A stretch of DNA of 64,000 nt from Epithemia pelagica (taxonomy: Eukaryota > Protista > Bacillariophyta). Shown here in pieces: positions 53,552 through 64,000 of the stretch (its first letter is position 1; each line of letters starts with the position of its first letter). The notes under the pieces were generated by a model. That model saw nothing but the letters and a program-made list of their open reading frames with translations, had not been told where the DNA came from and ran no database searches. The DNA lies in the NCBI GenBank assembly GCA_946965045.2, contig OX337233.1:372001-436000 (forward strand), written 5' to 3'. The position numbers were made by a program, and so were the translations under genes.

Positions 53552-56161
53552 CTAGGGCAACAACACCGTATCCACGACATGCATCCAACTGTTCCACGCC
53601 GGTAGATCGTCTCGTGTCACTTGAGCGGCGGCTCCAACTGCTTCATTACCAGGGCCAGCCACAAATAGATCTGTTCCAGTCAAGGTCGCCGAGAGAGGCA
53701 CACCGGAAGCGGCTGGGACACTGGTCGTACCGCCTTCGATGGCCGCCACAATCTGGCTGCTGGTGAGGGCGGTACCGTTAATGACATGGGTCAACAAAAT
53801 TTCCGTCAAGGTGACCTTGTCATTGAGAATGGCAACAAGGCCCTCCACGGTCGCAAAGGCCTCATTGGTGGGAACAAAGACGGTAAACATCTCTGCCTGC
53901 GAGTTTAAGAGACTGGTCAAATCGGCCGCTTCGACGGCCGCGACAAAGGTACTAAAGTCTCGGACGACGGCCGTGGCAGCGACGGGCAAAAGTGGAAGAA
54001 TTACCCTGTCAATGGCGTGAACAATACCGTTGGATGCGACAATGTCAAAGGGTTCAATAATGGTGGGAAGATTGTCGCGAGGATTGTTAAAGGTAATGAG
54101 GTCAATGCTGCCGTCATCTTGCTTTAGGGGACGAATACTGTTGGCAAAGGATCGCAAGACGGCCGCTGGCGTTTCCGAAACCATTTCGGTCGTGTTGGTT
54201 TCGTTGATAAAGGCATGACCTTGCACCACCATAAATAAAATATCAGGATTGTCGGTCAAATAGTCGAGAAAGCTACCAAGTTGGGCAAACGCAGCGTTGG
54301 TGGGGGCAAAGGCGGTCAACACCTCGTCCGTCGGCTCATCAATGGACGTAATTAGTCTGGTTCCCTGCAGGGCTCCCAAAAGGGTCGAAAACTCATCGCC
54401 CAAGTTTTCTACCACTTGGGCAATCGTAGGTGGCAACAGGACAGTATCAATGACATGAATGACGCTGTTAAAGGCCGGAATATCCACTTCCACCACCTGT
54501 GCTCCCAGTCCTTGGTTGCCACCGGCAGCGACAAAGAGCATGTCTCCGTCCAAGACAGCTTCCAAGGTAACTCCCGACTCGGAAACCAGAGTGCTTTGTC
54601 CGGCTTCTACCGCCCCCAATATCGCAGTACTGGTCAATCCCAAGTCCGGAATGACATGAGTCTCCAAGATGCGAGTCAACAATCTCGGGTCGGACAGGAC
54701 GGCATTCAAGGTTGCATCGCCAAGCGCCAAAAAAGCACCATCCGTGCGCAAAAATACGGTCGAGAGGGACGCAATCGAGTTGAATTGCTCCGTCAAGCCC
54801 GCAGCTTCCACGGCAGCCGTAAAGAGTGTAAATCCCTTGAGGGCGGCAGTCGCACCGGCGGAAATGGAACCAAGAAGAAGCTGGTCAATGATATGAACAA
54901 TACCATTCGAGGCTTCAATGTCCACTGGACCAACCATGGGAAGGTTATCCGGGTCCGTGTTGGTGGCTTGAAGAAAGACTTGTCCATTCACAACAATGGG
55001 CTGGATTTTTTCACCCAGCGCCGAGAAAATAGCTTCCGGTGGATCTTGAGCGACGAGTTGTTCCGCGGTGATTACTCCCGGTACGGCATGATCGTGCAGA
55101 ATGAGAGCCACCACATCCAGATTGTTGCCCAAGTAATCCAAAAAGTACGGATCGAGTGCTTCGAAGGCTTCGTTACTGGGTGCAAAAACTGTGAAGGGTC
55201 CATCGGTGGGATCATCAATCTCCTGACTTACTCCCGTGAGTTCCAAGAACGATGCCACTTCCGAAAATCCAAGGTTTTCTCCAAGGTTAAGGATAATCTC
55301 CAAAATTGTGGGGCCCAAAACGGGCAGAATCACCTGGTCGACCACATGGACAACTCCATTGCACGCCTAAATATCGGCTTCAATCACTTGAGGGAGATCA
55401 TCCACATTATTGGCGTCGCCTTGAATAAAGATATCATGGCCCTTGATCACAACATCAAACGTATTGTCTTCAAGGGCGGTAGGGACGGTAATGGGAGAAG
55501 CACCCACTCCGAACAAATCACTGGACGTGACCTTGCATTCCACTGCATGATACAACAAAACGAGCAACAACGTGTCCTCGGTCACTGTACCTTCTTGGAT
55601 GTCGGCAAAGGCATCGTTGGTAGGAGCGAAAATGGTAAGCTCGGCTTCGGGATCATTCACCGCTTCCCACAGACCAGCCAGCTTGAGTGCCTCCACCAGG
55701 GTGGTAAAGTCCTCCGAACTCTCGGCCAATTCACCAATCGTGAGGCACTTGGGGTGCTTTTTCTGCTTTTTGCCTTTTTTGCCATCGTCGTCATCCTTGC
55801 TCTTGTCCTTCTTGCCCTTCTTGTAATAGTCGCCCTTGCCTTTTCCTTTTCCCTTGCTGTAATACGAATCATCTTTCTTGCCCTTACCGCTATCATCAAC
55901 TTTCTTGGCGCGAAGCTCACGATGACGACGATAGTAATCGTCCTCCTGTTCGTCTGGACACGTCAATATCGCAGCAGCGGAGGTTCGCCTTGGAAACGGA
56001 TCCTTCTGGAGTGGTTGGCCTTGTTGTTGTGCAGACAGTGCATGCTTGATTCGAATAGTCGTTTCTTGTGCCAAAGTGTTCCCCTGGCAGCCACTCGACC
56101 AGGGCAGCAGGACAGCCGACCAGAGTGTGGTGGTGGTCCACATTCCAAACGTCAATTTCAT
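53552..56161 (-). pseudogene. FAS1-h: fasciclin with signal peptide, RXL, K/G/Y segment and 5 FAS1 domains; single in-frame TAG at 55367-55369
   Basis: Reads EADI*ACNGVVHVVDQV where FAS1-a reads EADIEACNGVVHVVDK. The other 869 codons are open. Confidence 0.88.
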
Positions 56162-57015
56162 TGTGATAACCCTCTTTCAAACTCCACGAAAAGATCCGAG
56201 CCTTATTATTTGTAGAATATTGTGTTCTCGGATATTGTGTCTTGACCACAGACTGTCTGGATTGAGGATTTGTCCCTCCTACCTAGAACTAGAGGGCGAC
56301 CATCCGAGTCTAAAACGATGGTCGCCACCAAACTCTCTCTGTTTCTCTCAACTTGGCGGAATAGAATCAAAGACAGACAGTGTATACATATTCTATCATG
56401 GAAGGTCGTACATGCAACGAAGCAGTATGTACGTCCTTCAAATAATGACATGGTTCGTTCCGAGAATTTTAGGTCGATGTATATTGTATTTGGAGTGGTG
56501 CTCGGTCCAGGAGTTGGTGATTCTAGGTAGAAACAAACGAGCTAGATAGACCAAGAAGGAATCTTGGACGAACCACCACTACCTGCTCCTACCAGTATGT
56601 AACAGTAACACCGAACCAATGCTTTTCAATTCCCCACAACTACACTTGGGCGGCAGTCCTTTTTCCCGGACGCCACACACAAGTCCTTCCAGAACAACCA
56701 CTGTCGTAGAGGCCTTGTGTTGGGATTTGGTCCGGCCGTCTCCTGGACATTTCTGTCGTAGTGGGCGTGGCAAAGCCACTACACTACCCGACAGGCATTG
56801 GTGTGGCGCCTTTCTCCCAAAGAGTCGATTTTGTGTAGTGGGTCAAACTATTTTTCATATACCAGGTAGGCGGGAACGGTAGCGTGTACCAATGACCAAT
56901 GGAATCGACGTTTCCCTCTCTCTGGTTCTCGTTTACCCGGCCGGTCGGTCCACTCCAGAGTCGCTGCGTTGCCTCTGGGCCACTACTCTGTCGATGTACG
57001 ACTGATCATCAAGAC

Positions 57016-59025
57016 TCAAGAGCTCCCATGCTGGTCACCATCACCAGCAGCAGCACGGTGCGAGCCCGACAAGGAGGAGGAGGACCACCATGTCGAGTCG
57101 GTGCCATAGTACCACGTCTGGAGCTGCAAGGGCCAACAGGGTCCTTGTGGGTCGTCGTGTGTTCGTAATGGTTGCCGTCTCTTTCTCCACGCACGGGAGG
57201 GGTCGACTGTCACGTGGGGATTGTCGCGAACATCGACGCGATAGTGGTGCTGTTGTGGATGTTTGTAACGACACTGATGACGACGCCGCAACAACCACCA
57301 TTCCGTTTCGGACTGATGCAAGGCGGGAATGACAGCCTCCATGACCAAGGCATTGGTCAAGCCGGTATTCCGCAGCGACAAGCACACGACGGGATCCACC
57401 ATAATATTCTCCTTCGTACTGCTACTGCTGATGCGGCTGTTTGTTGGCAAGGCCGCTGCCATCCAGGCTTGAATCAATGCCCGTGCCTGTGACACGGAAC
57501 ACTGGTGAAACAAGTGTGGCAGGTGTTCCACGTGCAATTGAAATGCCGGAACAGTACCATCATCCTTCTCTTGTTTTGCTTGTGCTTGTTGCTGTAAAAA
57601 CAAGGTCAAGGCCGGTACCAACAAGCCACTGTGCGGATTGATGTTCTGGAACGAGGAGGATGTGGATGTAGACGATATGGCACTCGACAACGACGACGAC
57701 GACGACAAGTGGAGCGATTGCAACTGGGGACACTCGAGCAAGGCTTGCAACAAGAGTGTGGTTTGCAAGGTATCCAAGGGACAGGCTTCGACTCGCATGT
57801 GTTGCAAGGCGGGAGTTGTGGCTGCTCTTGGATCATGTGCCTCTTGTTCTTGCTGCTCTTGTTCTCGTATTAGGCCTTGACCAAAGTCTTGCAAGACCTG
57901 CCACTCGTCCCACCATTGGCAGTGACGCCATTCCAAGTGCGTCAAATGGGGACACTGAGATACCAGTTGGGCCAGGGCGGTTCCGACTGACACTCTGTGT
58001 CCATGGTCGTCATTGTGGTGGTTGTTTCCCCGAGGATTCAACAACGATTTTTGGATCGTGGTGGTCCCCGATTCCTTCTTCTGGTCGTCCTCTAGTGATT
58101 TCCCTGGCCCACCGCGAGGCACTGGTGTTGCATTTGCAGTACCACTACTCGAAAAGGATACCGAGTCCAAGACGAGACGTTCCAAGGCCGATCCATGTCG
58201 GGCCAAACTCGTCAAGAAACGACTGAGAGTGTCACTCGTGAGGGGAACTTCCCCATCGTACCATTCGACTGTCGTAATGGTCTGACCGTGTCGCTTCCAC
58301 CACTCGTTCCACCAGGATTGTTGTTCTTGTCGACTTGCCAACGTCAGGGTACAATCGACAAAGCGAATCGTAGTCAACCGAGACGACTGGGGCTTGGTGG
58401 TTGCCGGATCCTCCTTCTCCTCATTTTTACAACCTTGCAGGGGAGCATAGTCCTGGAGCAAATAGTCCATCAAGGCGGGCGAGACAAAGAGTTTCGAAAT
58501 GGTCAAACTGGCATTTCCTGTATCGTCTTCTTGCGTATAGTCCAAATGGGCCTTCCAGTACCGCTGTTGACGTTCTTGTTCTTGTTGTTGGCGTTGTTGC
58601 TGTTGCACATCAGATTGTTGTCGTCGGGACGAGACGCACCAGAACCGACGACGACGATTGCAAGCTCCCCTTCTAGTAGCATTGTTGTTTGGTCTTGTTC
58701 TTCTTGTTGTGGGTTGTGTCGGTGGTTCTTGGGCTGCTGCAGTGGTACGACGACGCAAGGTTTGCATCCATTCCATGACGGATGACGAGGCCTTGGAAGA
58801 AGAAGACAATGAGGATCGATTGGAATGGGTGTTATTATTGTTGTTGTGCCGGATGTGTGGTGGTGGTTCTTGGCGCCGTGTGTTTTGGTTGTTTTGGTGG
58901 GCGGGATGGGTTTGACCAAGTCTGCCATTCCACCAACGACAACGACCAGGACGCACGGGTTCTGTGGTTGTGGTAGTGGAGGACGACGACGACGACGACA
59001 TGGCAGAGGAGGAATCCAGAATCAT
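57016..59025 (-). CDS. RNI-like leucine-rich-repeat protein with disordered N-terminus (669 aa)
   Basis: LERLVLDSV, CPHLTHLEWRHC, LQHMRVEACPL, CPQLQSLHLSS, LSLRNTGL. First ATG at 59025. Confidence 0.75.
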   Translation of the reverse strand: MILDSSSAMSSSSSSSTTTTTEPVRPGRCRWWNGRLGQTHPAHQNNQNTRRQEPPPHIRHNNNNNTHSNRSSLSSSSKASSSVMEWMQTLRRRTTAAAQEPPTQPTTRRTRPNNNATRRGACNRRRRFWCVSSRRQQSDVQQQQRQQQEQERQQRYWKAHLDYTQEDDTGNASLTISKLFVSPALMDYLLQDYAPLQGCKNEEKEDPATTKPQSSRLTTIRFVDCTLTLASRQEQQSWWNEWWKRHGQTITTVEWYDGEVPLTSDTLSRFLTSLARHGSALERLVLDSVSFSSSGTANATPVPRGGPGKSLEDDQKKESGTTTIQKSLLNPRGNNHHNDDHGHRVSVGTALAQLVSQCPHLTHLEWRHCQWWDEWQVLQDFGQGLIREQEQQEQEAHDPRAATTPALQHMRVEACPLDTLQTTLLLQALLECPQLQSLHLSSSSSLSSAISSTSTSSSFQNINPHSGLLVPALTLFLQQQAQAKQEKDDGTVPAFQLHVEHLPHLFHQCSVSQARALIQAWMAAALPTNSRISSSSTKENIMVDPVVCLSLRNTGLTNALVMEAVIPALHQSETEWWLLRRRHQCRYKHPQQHHYRVDVRDNPHVTVDPSRAWRKRRQPLRTHDDPQGPCWPLQLQTWYYGTDSTWWSSSSLSGSHRAAAGDGDQHGSS

Positions 59026-59802
59026 GATCGAACCAACAAAGACGAACACGACGAATCCTTCTCTCTCGGTCGGTGGTTTCCGGTCCCACACAACCACACA
59101 AAATTGAACAAGAATAATTGTCCAGGACCACACAAAGAGAGCAGGAACGAGAGAGAGAGCCGCGTGAGGAGAGAATGAACCAAAGCAAGATACTCTTTTC
59201 TTTTTTGGATCTCTTTGAAGATCGGCACTTGCCGCACTGCGCACTGCGCACACCAAATTTTGTTTCGAAAATTGGATTCTGTGGAACCGTAGAGTCACAC
59301 AGAAACTTGCGTGTCGTCCCGCGCTACTCTGCAACACATACAAGCTCGGGCCGAGCAACGGTGTCCCGTCCCACCAACGTCCATGTATTTGAGACGTGCC
59401 TGTTTTACCGAGTCGTAAGTATCCAAGTCACGCCCTTGAGACGGACGTACGGACAGCCTAAGGGGACTGATATGCGACCACTTACCAAAATGTAAATGTC
59501 CGTTGGGCTTCCGGTCATGCAGGATTCCCAAATGACCCTTTTATTTCTTGGAAACTGGCAAGGAAAAATGACCGCATCCTTCTCCACGAACGTCAACCAC
59601 CATAACAAGCAAGAAGCAACAAGGCTTTGTCCCAACCCAAGACGATACGTTCCTTCGTCCCAGCCATTCTTCCAGGTCGCGCAACTGGATTGGGGATTTG
59701 TCTCTTCAGGTGGCATTCTGTTGTTCCCACACTTTTGGACTCTTTGTTTCGTTCCTTGCACTCCTTGTATCATCCTCATTTGTTGTCGTTGTTTCAATCA
59801 TC

Positions 59803-60405
59803 ATGTGGAGCCGTCTTTCGGTAGTCGTCCTGTTCCTGTTGGTCGTGACCATGGTATCGTCGTCCGACAATGTCTTGGTAAACAAGCAAACGTGGCAAAT
59901 TCCGCAACCCGGAGCCGAAATGCCTTCCTACACGGTCCAAGTCGGCGATACCATTACCATTGATTGGCAAGGTACGTTGTAGTTTGTTTGTTATGGTGGT
60001 TGTCGTGGTTATTGTTTTTAGAACAAGACTCTGACGCTGTTTCCGTTCCGTTCCTCTTGGTTGGATTAACTGTTTTGTATAGGCACCAAAAATGTGTACA
60101 TTCAAGTGGACGATACCTGCAACAAGCAAGATCATCGCTTGGTCGGAATCATTCCACCCGTAACCTATGAATTTCAAGAATCCGACATTGGCATGCTCTA
60201 CTTTGTGTCCGAGGTTTCGGGACACTGTCAACAAGGCTTGCAAATGGCTGTCACGGTCCAACCCTGTACCGGCACGGATTGTCCGACCCCGCCGCCCACA
60301 CCGTCGCCCACAAACCAAAGCAGTGCGACGGCCGCCATGACTGGCCGTTGGAGTGTGGCCGTCACGGCGGTTGTGGGGGCCTTGTCGTGGTGGTGGTTGG
60401 CCTAA
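59803..60405 (+). CDS. Secreted cupredoxin/phytocyanin-like protein, probable GPI anchor, two exons (163 aa), intron 59972-60082
   Basis: Signal peptide; VGDTITIDWQG|TKNVY; LYFVSEVSGHCQQGLQMAVTV; P/T-rich linker; hydrophobic C-terminus. Confidence 0.8.
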
Positions 60406-61867
60406 GAACCGAGAACATTGGTGCTTCGCGCGCGCGCAAGAAAAAGAGAAAGAGACGAGTACGAGTCCTAAACAACGCCATTCTGTGAAACGTTGGTCGT
60501 ACTACGACGAGTCTGCCTGCCGGATGATGGTGGTTGTCTCTTTTTGAAACACTACAACGTGATTCACCACTCTCCTCACTGCCAGCAGCATCCTTTTTTA
60601 GCACTGAACGAACTGTATATTGTAAGAGTATTCTCTATGATTGGGTAGGATGGATTGAAACTAGTAGACACAAACAAAGACGAACCATACGACAATCGCT
60701 CTCACTCTCTCGTCCTCCTGCTGCCATCTCTAGAGAAGGTACAGGGATGGCACCCGTTCGCCCCCGCAAGTGTCGCCCTAGTAGATACCTTCTACCTTGG
60801 GTTGTGTACCATGGTACCCGAGAAGGGAACAAGAACACCACAAACAGACGACAAACACGAGTCCCATCACCACCACCACCAGAGTGTCGCCAGGCGGAAC
60901 GACACCGACACTGACAAGGACAGGATGTGTACTTCTCCTACGGATTACTAGCTAGCAGAGAGATTACGCACCACAGAGCCACCGAGCTTGTCGTCGTCGT
61001 CGTTTTGGCCTATCTATCTATATCTTTCTATATCTATCTATGTCTCTCAAGGATGGTTGTCCAAGCTGGAGTACAAAACACACAACACCAACAATACCAA
61101 GCAGCAAGGTCCAGTCTCGAACAGAGGTAATCTAGGTACTCCTAGCTACATGGATAGCAACTCCGTCGTGATCATTCCTTATGCGCGCGTGGACCGAGTT
61201 TGCGTCATCGCGGGACGATTGTCGTTTTTCGTTTCTCTCGCACATTTGGAACCGAGCAAAGTTGCCAAACGACACACCCAGAAGAAAGATGTGTGTGTTG
61301 TCGGTGTTGGTGTGTGGACTCTGGCCAGCCAACAAAGACTCGGACATGTGTGTGTGAGTGTCGGGAAACTGTGGTTTCCGAGAGGGACCCACACGAGTTC
61401 CTCCAGTCTCCCATAATATGGCATCGCATGACGCAAGCAACGAGAGGTGCGCGAAAAGAACCAAACACACGGCCGACCACGACAATGGCCCACAGGTGCG
61501 CCAATAGAAAAAGAGTACACAAGAGGGTGAACTGCCATGTCCAAGGCGCACCCGTTGTAGTATCTAGTATGGAGGTGCGCGCCTCCAAATCCCCCACAGT
61601 ACCCTATATATACAGAGATACTCTTTCGTGGCGCACCGCCATGACACAACAGGATAGTGAGAGTACGAGGAGCAACGAGAAGTGCTCGAACCAAACGCCA
61701 AACATGCCAGATGAAACGATCCAGCTAGTATATATATTCTGTGAGGGATTGCCGTTGTGGTACAAGTTTTCAAATACGAATATCCGACACACGACTCTAC
61801 CTACCTAGTACCTATATCTCGACCACCCACTGTCATTCTCACTCTCTTCATTCTCAGTTTCATCATC

Positions 61868-64000
61868 ATGGTGGTTGCCGTCGTCCCCCGAAGCAAGAGT
61901 CCCAATCCTGTTGGGTCGGTCCGTAACAGTACCAGGATGAAGACGAATACAAAGGACAGCCACCAAGCATCCAAACAACAACAACAACAACGTCCCACGT
62001 GGCCACGATTGTTTCGCCACAACAAGCGTCACCCAAAAGACGGCAACGTCATGAACAAGAAGCGAAACGACGACAAGAACCACAACGAGCAACGAGACGA
62101 GGACCATCACCGACAAGACCAGGACGACGACCAAGACCGGACCATGGAAGGCCCCCTAGAAGAAGACGAGGAAGATCCGGATACTAGTCTCTTGGTTTCC
62201 TTTTGGGACTTGCACACGGACGATGAAGAAGAGGATGACGATACGGACGCCTTTCAGCCATTGGAGGAGACGGAAGACCATCTGGCGTCCCACATGCCCA
62301 GTCCTACACTCTTGTTGTTGGACTGGTTGGAACAATTATGGTCGTCGTCCAGTGACACAAATCATGCCCAAGGAACCAAGGATCCAGAAGAACCAGAACA
62401 ACGACAAGGTCCGGACGATTCCCACGAAACTAGGACCGTGGAGGACGTCCACACACAAGCAGAAACTGACCGAGACGAATCCGATGACCACCAGCAAAAG
62501 AACAAGCACAAGGGGACCAAACGATTTCGTCTATCGACCTTGCGGTTGTTGCTGATGTTGCGAGGTCGTCGTCGTCACCGCAGTCAGGCCCCTCTGTCAG
62601 CCACGCCACCAACAGAGGCATCTCCCACAACAACAACACGAGCAACCAAAACCACAATGGCCGCATCGCCTTCCTCCCCACAACGACCCAGGGCCTCGGC
62701 GATTCGCACCTCGGCGATTTGCAGCAGTGGAGCAGTAGGCTCTTCTTCTTCTTCTTCCCCCTCCAGTCAGAAGCACCAGGTTCGATTTCAAATGGACACC
62801 AACATCAACAAGAACAAGGATCCATTCGCGTCGAGTCCATCCTTCCACCCCACCAATAAGGAGACTTCTAGTAACACGAACGACAACGACAAGAAGGTCG
62901 ACCCGAACCAGAGCCAACCAGAGCCGACAAGAACAATGACGACGCCCAGTCCCCCAGTAGACCCTAACACCGTCCCGGACACGAACGACACCCCCATTCC
63001 GAACGACTTACCACGCTCCAGTTCTACTACTCGGAACCGGAAACACGCGCCAACTCCCACCACCACCACACCAACCAAAACAGCAACTAGAACCACAACA
63101 AACACAACCACTGCCACACGTTCACAACAACCAGGCACTGCCGCAGCAATCCTGATGGTCGATCCTCGTCCCCCCGTTTCATGCATTTCCATTCCTCAAC
63201 CAGCAGTCGAACTCCAACAACAACAAGGACAAGCAGAACCTTCTTCTTCTCCTCCTCGTCGTCGTCGTTCCGTGTTGGGCGGCACCGATAAGGCTGGTAA
63301 CCGAACCAATGACATGCACCAAGAGGCGCAACAACAAGCACCACCACCACAAGACGACGCCAACGACGACGAACCACAAGTACTACCACAAGATTCCTTA
63401 CCAGACCACCAAGAATCGCCGTACAAGAATGACAAGGACGAAACCATGAACCACAAACCAATAATGAAACAGGATGATGGTTGGTGTCGTCGTCGTCGTG
63501 GAGGAGGAGTCGGTGTCGTCTGGAACAAGCTGTTGGGACTCCTCCAAGCACATACCACCACCAGCAACAAGACCGGGCTGCGACAACCACAGGACGATTC
63601 GGTTCCGGATGATGACGACGATGACGAGGACGAAAGTGAAAGTGAGAGTGAAAGTGAACTTCCCGTCATTGAAATCCCCTCGGGACCTCACACGTCCTAC
63701 TGTAGCAGTCTCAGTAGTTCCCAAGGCCTGTCCTCCACCTCCTCCAGCACGAATAGCAGTAGTACCAGTAGCAGTACCAGCAGTACCACCCGGAGCAACA
63801 CGACGACCAGTCCAGAGGAGGAGGAATCCCAGGATCCATCCGAGTCGCACCACAAGTTTTTGGCAAAGGAGACCCACGACCAGCCGCACGTGCTGCCAAC
63901 CAAAGACGATAAGGAAAACGACGAGGCTGGCATGGTTCCTCCTTATCATCCCCTGTGGTCCATCTATCCCTTGGCGACATCGTGCGACACCCACAAGGCA
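61868..64000 (+). CDS. Partial CDS, low-complexity disordered protein (>711 aa), runs off the window end
   Basis: I read the frame from the ATG at 61868 to the window end without meeting a stop. It is absent from the ORF track, presumably because it has no stop. Confidence 0.75.
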   Translation, partial: MVVAVVPRSKSPNPVGSVRNSTRMKTNTKDSHQASKQQQQQRPTWPRLFRHNKRHPKDGNVMNKKRNDDKNHNEQRDEDHHRQDQDDDQDRTMEGPLEEDEEDPDTSLLVSFWDLHTDDEEEDDDTDAFQPLEETEDHLASHMPSPTLLLLDWLEQLWSSSSDTNHAQGTKDPEEPEQRQGPDDSHETRTVEDVHTQAETDRDESDDHQQKNKHKGTKRFRLSTLRLLLMLRGRRRHRSQAPLSATPPTEASPTTTTRATKTTMAASPSSPQRPRASAIRTSAICSSGAVGSSSSSSPSSQKHQVRFQMDTNINKNKDPFASSPSFHPTNKETSSNTNDNDKKVDPNQSQPEPTRTMTTPSPPVDPNTVPDTNDTPIPNDLPRSSSTTRNRKHAPTPTTTTPTKTATRTTTNTTTATRSQQPGTAAAILMVDPRPPVSCISIPQPAVELQQQQGQAEPSSSPPRRRRSVLGGTDKAGNRTNDMHQEAQQQAPPPQDDANDDEPQVLPQDSLPDHQESPYKNDKDETMNHKPIMKQDDGWCRRRRGGGVGVVWNKLLGLLQAHTTTSNKTGLRQPQDDSVPDDDDDDEDESESESESELPVIEIPSGPHTSYCSSLSSSQGLSSTSSSTNSSSTSSSTSSTTRSNTTTSPEEEESQDPSESHHKFLAKETHDQPHVLPTKDDKENDEAGMVPPYHPLWSIYPLATSCDTHKA

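Noticed and set aside
9967-55369. Stop-codon reassignment or programmed readthrough, suggested by in-frame stops at 9967 (TAG), 12578 (TGA), 19637 (TAG), 39981 (TAA) and 55367 (TAG)
   Set aside because: All three stop types occur, they replace different residues (Q, E, others), and intact genes here terminate with TAG, TAA and TGA. Ordinary nonsense mutation explains them.

Overview
Eukaryotic nuclear DNA, most likely a pennate diatom. This is inferred from the CoDi-type copia pol, the diatom-typical protein families and the short GT-AG introns. The window is built from two gene arrays undergoing birth-and-death evolution. (1) 1.8-17.2 kb: five intronless Kelch-only genes on the - strand (one with an internal TAG, one with its basic tail cut off), separated by homologous, decayed spacers that look like LRR/RNI-type remnants. 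(2) 25.9-56.2 kb: a fasciclin (FAS1) cluster of five intact genes, one TAG-interrupted gene, one truncated pseudogene and two 3' fragments. Several members share an unusual architecture: signal peptide, RXL motif, Lys/Gly/Tyr-rich peptide, then 3-5 FAS1 domains. The cluster also holds a promoter/leader-swapped chimera, three different tandem arrays upstream of the genes, and a conserved 3'-flank hairpin with compensatory substitutions. A ~7 kb segmental duplication is joined by a truncated copia element, and an intact 4,287-bp mariner-type transposon sits in one copy. Single-copy genes include a 4-TM membrane protein, two diatom-family proteins, an RNI-like LRR protein, a cupredoxin-like protein lacking Cu ligands, and an ORF running off the right end. 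All family assignments are by eye from motifs; no database search was run. No rRNA, tRNA or CRISPR was seen.
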